The position numbers and the translations under genes are program-made. Below, in pieces: positions 1-11,468 of a DNA stretch of 64,000 bases (position 1 is its first letter; each line of letters starts with the position of its first letter). Source of the stretch: Felis catus. Taxonomy: Eukaryota. The notes under the pieces are model-generated. The model had not been told where the DNA came from. It was given only the letters and a program-made list of their open reading frames with translations, and ran no database searches. The stretch spans positions 114,268,001-114,332,000 of the forward strand of contig NC_058368.1 of the NCBI RefSeq assembly GCF_018350175.1, read 5' to 3'.

Positions 1-164
1 CAGAAAAAATAGATGCATCAAAGAAGTTTATCCTAACTAGCAATTCTTTCAAGCACCTAAGCATTTTTTGAAAATGTTACAACAAATTCACAAAACTAAA
101 AGCCTTGTTTTCTAACAAAACGTAACATATAAGTAGCTGGACAAATCATGGTCTAAAACAATGA

Positions 165-335
165 CTGTCAACATTTGACAATGAATGGAATGGTAGTCAT
201 GACCTGGGGGAAAGGGATGACAGTGGGTAGAGGCGAGGGATCTTGTTAAACATCCTAAAATTCACAAGACGGTCCCTTATAATAAAGAATTATCCAGCCT
301 AAAATATCAACAGTACCAAGGTTTTGAAACTCTGG
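165..335 (+). mobile_element. MER20-like hAT-Charlie MITE
   Basis: gtgggtagagg...aaacatcct...aaagaattatccagcc...gaaactctg resembles the MER20 3' half. Confidence 0.7.
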
Positions 336-916
336 TCTAAACAAAAAGTCTAACCACACCAGAAATGCCACACTGCAGTGTCTTGCTACCACAGAAAACA
401 AAAATGACTTTTTTAAAAACACAAATGTAATTGCAACAATGCTCCTTCCATGGTTCCTAAAAGCAACAATCTCCTCAGGGCACCTGGGTGGCTCAGTTGG
501 TTAGGCATCCGACTGCAGCTCAGGTCATATCTCACGGATAGTGGATTCAATCCCCCTACCTCGGGCTCTCCGCTGTCAGCACAGAGCCTGCTTCTGATCC
601 TCTGTCCCCCTCTCTCTCTTCCCTTCCCCCACTCTTGCACACATACATGCTCTCTCTCAAAAATAAATAAACATTAAAAAAAAAGTAATAATTTTCTCAG
701 GTATTTTGAATGTCAATTAAAATACCAACACAGTACTCTTCTACAAGAAGTGGAGAAAGCAATCTTTATCCAGTGACCTACCAGATATCTTTCTCAAAAA
801 ATTACTAAAGGAGAATAAACAAAATTAAACAGATTATATTACAAAACAAACAGAAACAGCACCTCAAGTTAAGTACTGCCACACCTTTTCTGCATAGCTC
901 TTAAGAAAAGGGGTGT

Positions 917-1145
917 GGGGGCGCCTGGGTGGCGCATTCGGTTAAGCGTCCGACTTCAGCCAGGTCACGATCTCGCGGTCCGTGAGTTCGAGCCCCGCAT
1001 CAGGCTCTGGGCTGATGGCTCAGAGCCTGGAGCCTGTTTCCGATTCTGTGTCTCCCCCTCTCTCTGCCCCTCCCCCGTTCATGCTCTGTCTCTCTCTGTC
1101 CCAAAAATAAATAAAAAACATTGAAAAAAAAAATTTTTTTAAAAA
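917..1145 (+). mobile_element. Young felid SINE (SINEC_Fc type)
   Basis: tRNA-derived head, (CT)n, A tail, CpGs retained; TSD aagaaaaggggtg. Confidence 0.9.
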
Positions 1146-1699
1146 GAAAAGGGGTGCGTATGTGGGTATGTGTATGCATAAATACACATGCTAACGGTTA
1201 CATAAGTGGAGAATGGAGCATGATGGATTTCTCATGTTAGAACAATTAAAAACATACGGGCCACAGCAAATTTGTATACTTTAAATTCATTCACAAGCAA
1301 ATGTCAATGCAGTAATTAGTAAGATGCATACTGTAATCCTGTGAATAACATAGTGCACAATGCTGTCATCATTTTAAATGACTCAATCAAAATGATAATC
1401 CTAGTGATAAAATAGCTTCTGACAGTCTCAGTGAAAGTCAATGACTTTATTACCATTAAATCTTATTCCAGTTACTCATTTATAAATTTTCTGATAGCTG
1501 GAACTTAAGGTTCCATCTTTAAGAGATGTGTCTGCGAGGTGCCTGCATGGCTCAGTCGGTTAAGCCTCCAACTCTTGGTTTCAGCTCAGCTCATGATTTC
1601 ACAGTTCATGGGTTGAAGGCCCACATCAAGTTCCAGGCTAGCAGGGTGGAGCCTGCTTGGGATTCTCTCTCTTCCTCTCTCTCTGCCCCTCCCCTACTC

Positions 1700-1742
<43 letters not shown>

Positions 1743-3158
1743 ATAAACTTATTAAAAAATAAAGACTTGTCTGCAATTCAACTAATACACTAAACAGAGA
1801 ACCCTATTACTTTAAAAACAAAAAAATGGCTCTAGAGTCATAAAAAGGACTCAAAACAAAACTCTTAACACATCAGTTTCATTACGTATTTAATGGATGC
1901 AAAATGCCAATTAGGTGACTCAATATAAATATTTGAAAATATTCCTACAAAAAAAAAAATCAAAGAAATGGATTCAGAAATTCAAAACAAAACAGTAGTA
2001 TTTGGGCGGGGGGAATAAAGTTACCCTTTGAAAAAATGGGACATTAAGGACAATGTATTTTGAAATCTGTTTTTTGATCCAGGTGGCACATTAAAATAAC
2101 AGAATTAAAGTAGTGACCTTCAGACATAAATCAGAGGTACTCACTAATTTAGGCTCAAAGGTGTTTAAACAATTTTTTAAAGATGGATAAAAACACTCAA
2201 AAGAAAATCTTCCTTCTCTGACTACATATGGCTTAAGAATACAAACACATTATAAAACATCCAGCTATGACAGCGATAGGCATTAAACAGTTATGTCTTA
2301 ACACCAATGAATTTCTCTAGAAGACCCAATTCAAAAAATTAAAGAGATTCCACAGTACAAAGAAAAGCCAAAACATAATTTTAAATTTCAAGAAATGTGT
2401 AATATTATACACCAACTTTATAAACTTTCCCATATAATGAAACACGTCACTCCATTACATACACTGAATACCATTTGGCTCTAGGAACAGAATTATTTCC
2501 TCACTGCTTGGTTCTTCTTACCTTTCTGCCTACCTCTATGTCTATTTTTCCTTCTTATTCCATTCCAGCTAAGCCCTACTATTAGTCACCACCAAAAACC
2601 TAACCCCAAAATACAAATCAACGCTTTTATTTGGCTTGGAATCCTGATATTCAATTTGGTATTTTATTTCCTCCAGGCAGAAGTCCAAGAACAAGCTTTA
2701 AGTATATTCCAAACCTGGAATCAAAGTTGTCTTCTGGTTTTTGCTAGCAAGTTCTATCAAACCAGGGACAAACATCCAATATTAACATCACCACTAAGGA
2801 ATGGCACTATTAGTGGATGTTATGCCACACAATATCACTTCATATATATTTTTCTTCTTTCCCAACCCTCTTATTCCTTGTTCTTTTCTCCTGCCCTTCC
2901 TCCTCCTCCTTCTCACCCTGTATCTTAAGCTTCCTAAGACTAATCATAAAAAGTAAATAGTACTACACGTTATCTAAAAAGTTGCCATTCCCTTGACTAG
3001 ACCATATAGATACAAAGAATGTATGTTCCCAAATGGGAACATAAGAAATTGATCTCAGAACTACTATAATTACTGTCTACATGTCAAGATTTCTAGAAGG
3101 TAAAAATATCCTGAAATTAATGGCAAATGATTGATTGGTAAGAATCAAATTATACTAC

Positions 3159-3371
3159 CTTGAGAAAGCTGCATCAAGTGAATATGCAAACTGCCAGGAA
3201 TAACAGGTTCAGGAAGTTCTTGAAGGAAAAATCTAAGAAGACTAATAGCTGAGGGAACATCTGCTTCCTTAACCAAATCCACCTCTTCTCCGCTGTCGTA
3301 TCTCTGTCGAAGCCACTCCACTGTCTCAGCATTTCCATTGACTTGAAAAAGTCCTTGCTGCTCCAGACCTC
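3159..3371 (-). CDS. FAM13B: FAM13B internal coding exon (213 nt, phase 1-1), RhoGAP domain: (G)[70 protein letters not shown]
   Basis: Manual minus-strand translation is open and matches the FAM13B N-terminal RhoGAP sequence as I recall it. Acceptor ctaatatag|GA, donor CAAG|gtagta. In frame with the upstream ATG exon. Confidence 0.95.
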
Positions 3372-3675
3372 CTATATTAGTTCAAGGCAAAAATTAAATA
3401 AGATTCAACTTCAAGTATTTGGCCATATATATTCATTTTCCAATCAATTTAAAATATTCATACTTCTCAAAGCCCTTCTTGGCTCTCCGGTTGGGCTGAA
3501 CACCTTCAAATAACACATCTAGAAACATACTATCTCTGTCCTAAGGGATAATCTATTTTATCCACCCCCGGCCCATTAAAAATATTACTATCACCACCCC
3601 ACTAAAAAATGCTCTATGCTGGGCATTTCTAAGTGTATGACTTTAAATAAGAAATTAACATTTTTCCTTACTGGA

Positions 3676-3745
3676 GAAGGAAGGAAGGAAGGAAGGAAGG
3701 AAGGAAGGAAGGAAGGAAGGAAGGAAGGAAGGAAGGAAGGAAGGA

Positions 3746-3817
<72 letters not shown>

Positions 3818-3819
3818 AA
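3676..3819 (+). repeat. Compound microsatellite (GGAA)n(GAAA)n
   Basis: Directly visible in the 518-nt intron. Confidence 0.97.
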
Positions 3820-3889
3820 TCCAAGGTCAAAAGGTGTAAGTTGGGTTTATTAAAACAAAGGCTAGCCCTAAAGGTAAGGAAATGTGTAC

Positions 3890-4046
3890 CATGTTCCTCG
3901 ATATAGTCCACAACGTGGCGGACTATGAACGGAACCTCATTGTCTGGATGTCCTCCCTGCTGCAGCTCATCAAGTGGAATTCCAAATATTTTGTTAGCAA
4001 GAACAGAGTTGCAGTTACTCAAGGAAGGGGAGGAGCTCTTCCTCAT
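3890..4046 (-). CDS. FAM13B: FAM13B first coding segment [52 protein letters not shown](G); whole exon is 3890-4081 with 35 nt of 5'UTR
   Basis: Embedded in ORF-track 3591..4172. ATG at 4046, acceptor ctttcatttggcag|AAAAG at 4081, donor CATG|gtacac at 3890. 157 nt = 52 codons + 1, in phase with the next exon. KIFGIPL matches the RhoGAP N-terminal FGxxL motif. Confidence 0.95.
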
Positions 4047-4097
4047 ATCTTTTTTGCAGCCAGAAATCAAAGCTGTCTTTTCTGCCAAATGAAAGAT

Positions 4098-4098
<1 letters not shown>

Positions 4099-4158
<60 letters not shown>
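4099..4158 (+). repeat. (AAAT)n microsatellite
   Basis: Directly visible, next to the acceptor of the ATG exon. Confidence 0.97.
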
Positions 4159-5400
4159 AGACTAACAATCAACAGGTGACAATATGACTAAAATAATTAC
4201 AGAAAAATGCTTTATACTAGAATGTGTTTTCATCATTACATATGTTCCAGCTTTCAGGCCCACAGAACATTTTACAAATAAAGTTCAATATAATCATCCA
4301 AACATTTTCTCCATTAAATATAGTTAGTTTTGAATACTGCCTTTAGTGTTCGTGTATTTATCAAATAATGGCAAATTTGTCATTAAACTTAGCAAAGGAC
4401 ATTAATGTCCCAAAGACAAATTAAGGAGCAAACATGGCTCCAACAGGGCCTTTACTGAGCAGGCTTATTGACACAGGTGAAAAACCAAACCCAATCATTT
4501 CTGGACTGTGCTACATGAACCCCGTCTAACCCCTTAATTTGTTAGCATCCAAAACAGGAGAGAATCACTTTTTATAAACTGATGGTTTAAAAATAACTTT
4601 TTAAAAATGATAGGCTAGTAAGAACAAGATTAACCAGTTTTTATTTCTACATGACAGAGCAGCCATAATGTTTTTATAAATGAAGGAAAATTTTCAGTTC
4701 TAGACATCAACTTTCAAACGAGAATGTTCTTTCATCAAACTTGCTGTTTCATTAATTATTTCAAAGAAAAATTTCCACAGCCAGTCTAGTTCAGAAGAAA
4801 TAAGTTATTTGTCTTAAGTTTGTAGTAACTGTGATCAGTAAAGCAGTGAGAGAAAACAATGTTTCTAATAGATAAAGCATCAGAGAACAAGTAATCCCAA
4901 GAAAAATTGTTTTCTAAAATAAAACATTCATTACTTTATGTGGGCAGTAAGTATTTTCAAAAGAAAGAAAAACTTTTTTCAAAAGCTGATAATGAACAAA
5001 ATGACACCAACTGTGTTTTTTTTTTCATAACCCCAAAGAAACAATTCCTTTCTCACACAAGAGAGCAAAAAAATAAATAAAACTACTCAATATTCTAAAG
5101 TTTGCAAAAACAACTTCTATACATATTACATAATAGCTGTACCCAGTAGATCAAGAGAGTATCACAATGTGACTGGGACACAATCTATTCAACTTACAGA
5201 AACAATAGAGGTTAACTTAGGCGCCACAAAATGCCATAAATGTATACAACTTCAGACAAAGAAGATCCATTCTTCAACATATCTGGTGCCAGCTAATAAC
5301 TACCAAACCTCAAGTTAATAACCAAATAGCAGCAACAAGAGATAAACCCCCAAATTTCTGTGTATTTATACAGCATGGGAATACCGTTTTGAAAACTTAC

Positions 5401-5567
5401 CTTTGAGTACTTAAACACCTAAGTTTAAAAAATGGCTTCTGTACCAGCTACCCTCACTGAGCAAGCATTCTTTTGTCATTTATGGCTGTTTGAGATTATG
5501 GCAGAAGATCAGCCTGTAGTTCCTCATTGAAGAAACGCAGAACTCGATCAGTACTTCAGCAGTTAAT
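5401..5567 (-). other. FAM13B: FAM13B non-coding 5'UTR exon 2 (167 nt)
   Basis: Strong acceptor (T)n-cttctag|ATT and consensus donor AAG|gtaagt bounding non-repetitive sequence 1.3 kb upstream of the ATG exon. Confidence 0.85.
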
Positions 5568-7195
5568 CTAGAAGAAAAAAAAAATTCTTTTTATTTCCCA
5601 AACCAACTTTAACTGTGAGAAATGACTAGAATAAACACTGAAGTCCTTTTAGGAGGATACCTACACTTAAAACCATTCTTCTGCCTAAAAATTTGCCTGT
5701 GACCTAGTTAGAGGCAAAAATCTTGCACAAGGTTTCAAACTATGATGGCTAACCTGGACAAGAATCTTTTTGCTAAAAACAAAAGAAAACTGCAAAGGAG
5801 AATCTTTAACAGTACAGATCTTCAGAGATTACACCATTCAAATAATCCATTTTCCTCAATGGATCTTGCATTTGAGCACATATACACACACCCCACCCAC
5901 GTCCATTGTGTCCCCTTATACTCAGAATAAAACACAGAAGCATTTTTAGCTCAAAGAACTGAAGACAAGATTCTAAGCTCAGAACAGCACTCATGTACTT
6001 TATTCTTTTTTTTTTTTTTTTTTTTTTTGTACACAGCAAATATTTTGTTAGCAAGAATGTAGTTGTCTGACCTTTCTGGTTTGGAGAGATAACAGCGTAT
6101 GTTGGAAAAGAGCAGTTAACAGAACCAGAAAGGCTGACATTCAAAATATTAACTACACCATCCTATAGATGTGACCCTGAAAAACTTCCATGTCTCCATG
6201 TCTCTAATCTTAGATTTCCTTATGTAAAAGTAATACCTACATAGCTGTTAAGTTTAACTGAGATAATACATCAGGTAGCAGAGAGAGAACCAGTTTTCTC
6301 TCTTCACATTAAATGTTAAAAAACCAGCAAACAGGCTGGAGAGAGGAAATCTGTTTGGCAATGCATTTAATATTTGGTCTCATTTATCAATTGTTTCATC
6401 ACCCTCTGGGAATTCTAACAATCTATTTAAAAATTAGTAAGTTCAGCAGCAAACTACACTGCAGCACTCTGCTCAAAAGAGTCCAAGTCAGGGCCACCTG
6501 GCTGGCTCAGTCCGTGGAGCATGCAACTCTTAATTAATTTCAGGGTCATGAGTTTGATCCCCACATTGGGTGGGCACAGACCCTACTTAATAAATAAATA
6601 AAATTTTTAAAAAAGAGAGAGAGCACTCAGGTCAGCACAACAGTATTATCATTCACTGTGATTTTCAAAAATGTCTTATTAGTAACATATACCTCCAAGA
6701 GGAACATTAAAAATGGAGGGGAAGGAAAACCACATTCCCACAACAAATCTTTAGTAGATGATTACTTCCCAAACATCCTGCAATGCCTGCTAAAACATGT
6801 AGCGTATTCGTCTGAAAAACAACTTCAAAGTTAAGTTATAGAAGACCTTTTAGAGAGGTTAACTTCAGGGATAAAATGTTTAATAAACTCACATTAAAAG
6901 TCAGGTTTCAGGTTAATACCTTCAAGTCATAAAGAAAAACAGGACTTGCCTGAGGTACAATAAAACACTCATTAGAAGAGTCTTGTCAGAAGCAAGTTCT
7001 ATGTTATCACTAAGATGGGTACTCAGTGTTTCTGTGTCTTAATAAAACCAGGAACCAACACACTGCAAAAGCATTTAGAGTGGAGAGTAGCCCAAAATAA
7101 CATTTCTGCAAACTGTGAAGTAGTTTTTGACATTATTTAATCCTGTTCCCCACCACTTCTCAGAGTTTAAATCATGTGAATATTCCCTTCCTATC

Positions 7196-7641
7196 TGTAG
7201 TGGGTTCAACAGCATTCCCCAAAAATCTCATGTCTACCCAGAACCTCAGAATGTGAACTTATTTGGAAATAGGGTCTTTGCGTATGTAATTAGTTGAGGA
7301 TCTCAAAATGAAATTACCCTGGATTTAGGGTGAGTCCTAAATCCAATGATTGGTGTCTTTATAAGCAGAAGACAGGACAGATAGACACACAGTGAGGGGA
7401 AGAAGGCTGTGTGAAGAAACAGGAAGAAATTGGGAGTTCTGCGGTCACAAGACAAGAAACACCAAGAGTCATCAAAAGCTAGAAGAGACAATGGATGATT
7501 CCTCCCTAGAACCTTCAGAGGGCCTGCCTACACCCTCATTTTAGCCTTTTGGCCTCCAGATCTGGGAGAAAAAAAAAAAATGTTGTTTTAGAGTTACCCT
7601 GTTTATAGTAATTTGTCACGGAACCTCTAGAAAATTGATAT
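7196..7641 (+). mobile_element. MaLR solo LTR (MLT1B/C-like)
   Basis: tgtagtggg...gaacctcagaatgtga...tttggaaatagggtctttgc...tggcctccaga...gtaatttgt are typical MLT1 LTR motifs. Confidence 0.85.
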
Positions 7642-8794
7642 GATATCTAAACTACAAATTCCAGGGGAGCCTGGGTGGCTCAGTCAGTTGTGGGTCTGAC
7701 TTTGGCTCAGGTCATGGTCTCATAGTTCAAGAGTTCGAGCCCCACATGTTGGGCTCTGTGCTGACAGCTCGGAGCCTGGAGCCTGCTTCAGATTCTGTGT
7801 CTCCCTCTCACTCTGCCCCTCCCCAGCCTGCACCCTGCACTCAGTCTCTTACTCTAAAATAAATAAACATTAAATTTTTTAATTTAAACTACAAATTCCA
7901 ATTCTCAAAGAAAATAGCATCAGACACCATAGAAAAATGTCCCAAAGAGATCTGATGAAACGTCTTAGCAGACAGAATCCATAAAATACAAAAGCATTTA
8001 ATCAATAAAAGGCTTGACACGTGTAGACTTTCAAAATAACCAAAGATTTCCAGAAGTATAATTTTATTATAAATCAAATCAGCAAAAACATTTTAAGAAT
8101 CTTTTTCGTTTTAAGATTTTTTTTTTAAGTACAATATACTCCTGAATGTGGGACTGGAACTCAATCAAGAGTCACATGCTCTATGGACTTAGCCAGCCAG
8201 CATACCTAAAACAGCAAAATCATTTTAAATACAAATGACAGTTGCCTAGAATAGTGATACTGACAACAAATAAGAAATCATTTTGAATTCTGTATCATGA
8301 GACACAGTTATAAAAATAACACAATACCAATTTTCAATAAAAGTGGGTGATAGGTACATTCAGGAACATGTACCTTCATAGAGCAGCTATCAACTTGAGT
8401 TCTGCTACTCAAGCTATTTCTGCATTCCATTCAGGTCCATTTACATATACATATACATAATAGGAACAGACAGCAAAGAATCTCTTAAGTTTTAAATACC
8501 TAATAAAATTAGTAAGGAGGGGCTTTTAAAAAAGAACACCAGAGCTCCTGAGTGGCTCAGTCACTTAAGCGTCCAACTTCTGCTCAAGTCATGATCTCAC
8601 AGTTTGTCGGTTCAAGCCCCGCATCAAGCTCCGTGCTGACAGCCCAGAGCCTGAAGCCTGCTTCAGATTCTGTGTTTCCCGCTCTCTCTGCCGCCCCCCC
8701 ACTCACACTCTGTCTCTGTCTCTCTCAAAAATAAATAAACGTTAAAAAATAAAATAAAATAAAAAAGGAAGAATACCAACATCAACACTACAGA

Positions 8795-9372
8795 TATTGC
8801 AACAACGTGGATGGAACTACAATGTATTCTGCTAAGTGAAATAAGTCAGCCAGAGAAAAATAAATAAATGATTTCACCCATATGCGGAATTTAAGAAACA
8901 AAACAGATGATGGGGTGTGCCTGGGTGGCTCAGTTGGTTAAGAGTCCAACTTGGGATCAGGTTCTGATCTCGTAGTTCCCAAGTTTGGGACCCACATCAG
9001 GCTCTGTTCTGTGCTGACAGCTCAGAGCCTGGAGCCTACTTCAGATTCTGTGTCTCCCTCTCTCTCTGCCCCTGCCCCACTCGCACTGTCTCTCTCTCTC
9101 TCTCTCAAAAATAATAAACATTAAAAAAAATTTTAAAAAAGGAAACAAAACAGATGAACATAGGGGAAGGGAAGGAAAAATAAGATAAAAACAGAAGGAG
9201 GCAAACCTTAAGAGACTCTAAAATACAGAGAACAAACTGGAGGGTTGCTGGAGGGGTGTTGGGTGGGGGGATAGGCTAAATGGGTCATGGGCATTAAGAA
9301 TGGCACTTACTGGAATGAGCAGTGGGTGTTATATGTAAGTGATGAATCACTACATTCTACTCCTGAAAAAAA
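8795..9372 (+). mobile_element. L1 3' end (carnivore-type), interrupted by a SINE at ~8912-9140
   Basis: gcaacaacgtggatggaact...gctaagtgaaataagtcag...gtgatgaatcacta; A tail. Confidence 0.85.
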
Positions 9373-10720
9373 AATACTATGGACAAGTAACAACAGAGAG
9401 TATTAACTGAGCTCTTATAATAACTCAGGAACTATTTTAAGGGCTTTAAATGTATTAATTCATTTATCCTTACAACAATCCTATGGATGCAGATACTTTC
9501 ATTATATCCATTTCAGTGATGAGAAAACCAAAAAACTCTGAGAACTTTCTGGGGTAATGTAAATGTTCTAAGTCATGACTGTGGTAGTGGTAGTTACATG
9601 CTTAATACACATGTCAAACTTACTGAACTGGACATTTAAATGGGTGAATGCTATTGTATATAAAATGTTATCACATAAAATTATACTTCAATGAAAACAA
9701 AAAAATTAAAAAAGAAACCATACAAAGACATAACAGCACTTTAATAAGTTAATACCAAACTATTTTCATTATAGAGTGTGACATTTTTAAAATATACTTC
9801 TCCATACAAAAAAAAAGAAAAATAAAATATCTCTTTTAGCCACATTTCAAGAACCTACCCTACTTAGCCCCAGGTATGCTATCCAGCACATTTAGAAATT
9901 ACTAATTTTTCTGTATAGCATAAAAAAAATTAAAGCTCGACTGAAGACTAAGTCTTGTCAAAGCAAACAATTTTAAAAAACACTGTAATACTAATAATAA
10001 AGTTTTATCATTTTGCAAATAAGCAACCTGTGGTTAAAAGTGGCATCCGCCAAGATAAACTGTCATTTTCATGTGGAAAAACTTCTACCTTCAAAATGAA
10101 TAGAAAGGAACAAAAAAACCCCACTTTTGCCCCAAATGGTTTTGACAAAACAGGATACAATTCACACAGAAAAATTTGAAAGAGCTACCTCAATAATTGC
10201 TAATGCCAAAAAGAAAAAAAAAAAAATCCCTATCACTAGTTTACAAAGAGAAAAAAGCCAACAGGCAACTGGACCTCAATAAAGATAGTAAACTTGGGGA
10301 ACAGAGATTTGAGTCTGTAGACAATTACAGAGTCTAAGCCAATGAACCAAATAAATGTACCCCTGCTCCATACATTCAGCTTTTCACATTAGCAAGCTCT
10401 AAACAGTTCACGAAGCAAAGGAAAAGGCACCTCTTTCATTCAAACTGAACAAAGATGGTACTATGAAGGTTCCCAATATGCTAAATCAGTGGTTCCTTCC
10501 TGGTCTGAAAACTAGCAAGGTATTAATATGCCTGAAATCTTTAACAGTACACCGAACAAACAGAAAGGCTGAAAAGCCTCATGTCTCAAAAGCACATAAA
10601 GCTATCAGTCGTATGTTCATAGATGCTATTTTGATCAGGAAAAACATCGTCAATTAAATCTATTACTAAATTCACTGACCATGCCGTAAGTAATTTATTA
10701 TAGTATAAAACAGAATTCAA

Positions 10721-10830
10721 GTGCTCGCTTCGACAGCACATACACTAAAATTGGGATGATACAGAGAAGATTATTAGCATGGCCCCTGTGCAAGGATGAC
10801 ACGCAAATTCGTGAAGCGTTCCATATTTTT
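10721..10830 (+). pseudogene. RNU6 (pseudogene): Full-length U6 snRNA retrocopy, 5' part of a chimeric retrosequence
   Basis: GTGCTCGCTTCG...ACAGAGAAGA...GTGAAGCGTTCCATATTTTT. Versus canonical U6: 5 substitutions and a TTA duplication. No PSE at the expected position. Enclosed by a TSD. Confidence 0.95.
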
Positions 10831-11163
10831 TTTCCAAAGTGGTTTTGCCAATTTGTAGTCTCACCATCTGCATGTAAGTGTTCCTCTGGTTCTACATCCT
10901 TGTCAGTACCTGGTGGTATTGGTTTCATGGAACATTTTAGTGACCATGTAGCAACTGATCTTATGTATGAACAGTGGTTTATGTAACCCAATCACTATTA
11001 TATATAGGTTATCATCTTTTACTATTTTAAATTAAACAACACTATGATGAACATAATTCTAGCCAAATCTTTGTACTTATCCTTATTTCCTCAAACCAAA
11101 TTCCTGGAAATAAAATTGTTATATCAAAGATTAAAAAGAAAAAAAAATTAAAATTAAATTAAA
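10831..11163 (+). other. Non-U6 3' partner of the U6 chimera: old antisense L1M-like sequence, AATAAA and A-rich tail
   Basis: Directly follows the U6 oligo-T. AATAAA at 11109-11114, A-rich tail from ~11133, then the second TSD copy at 11164-11180. Confidence 0.75.
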
Positions 11164-11342
11164 ATAAAACAGAATTCAAGACTAGAAATTTTTTTTTAAT
11201 TAGAGAGCTATAATACTGGGTGCCTGGGTGGCTCAGTTGGTTAAGCGTCTGACTCTGGATTTCGGCTCAGGTAATGATCTCACAGTTCATGAGTTCAAGT
11301 CCCACAAGGGCCCTGCACTGGTAGTAAGGAGCCTGCTTCTGA

Positions 11343-11393
<51 letters not shown>

Positions 11394-11432
11394 CCTTCTC
11401 AGTTTTCTCTCTCAAAATAAATAAATAAACTT

Positions 11433-11468
<36 letters not shown>

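Noticed and set aside
915..1124. Recurrent ORFs such as GAPGWRSRLSVRLQPGHDLAVREF and GQRETEHERGRGRERG
   Set aside because: Translations of SINEC_Fc on either strand, not a protein family.
3591..4172. 193-aa ORF as a single-exon gene
   Set aside because: Only 3890-4046 is coding; the rest is read-through into the STRs on either side.
10640..10830. Functional U6 gene
   Set aside because: No PSE at about -65 to -48, an insertion right after the ACAGAGA box, and flanking TSD plus poly(A) indicate a retrocopy.
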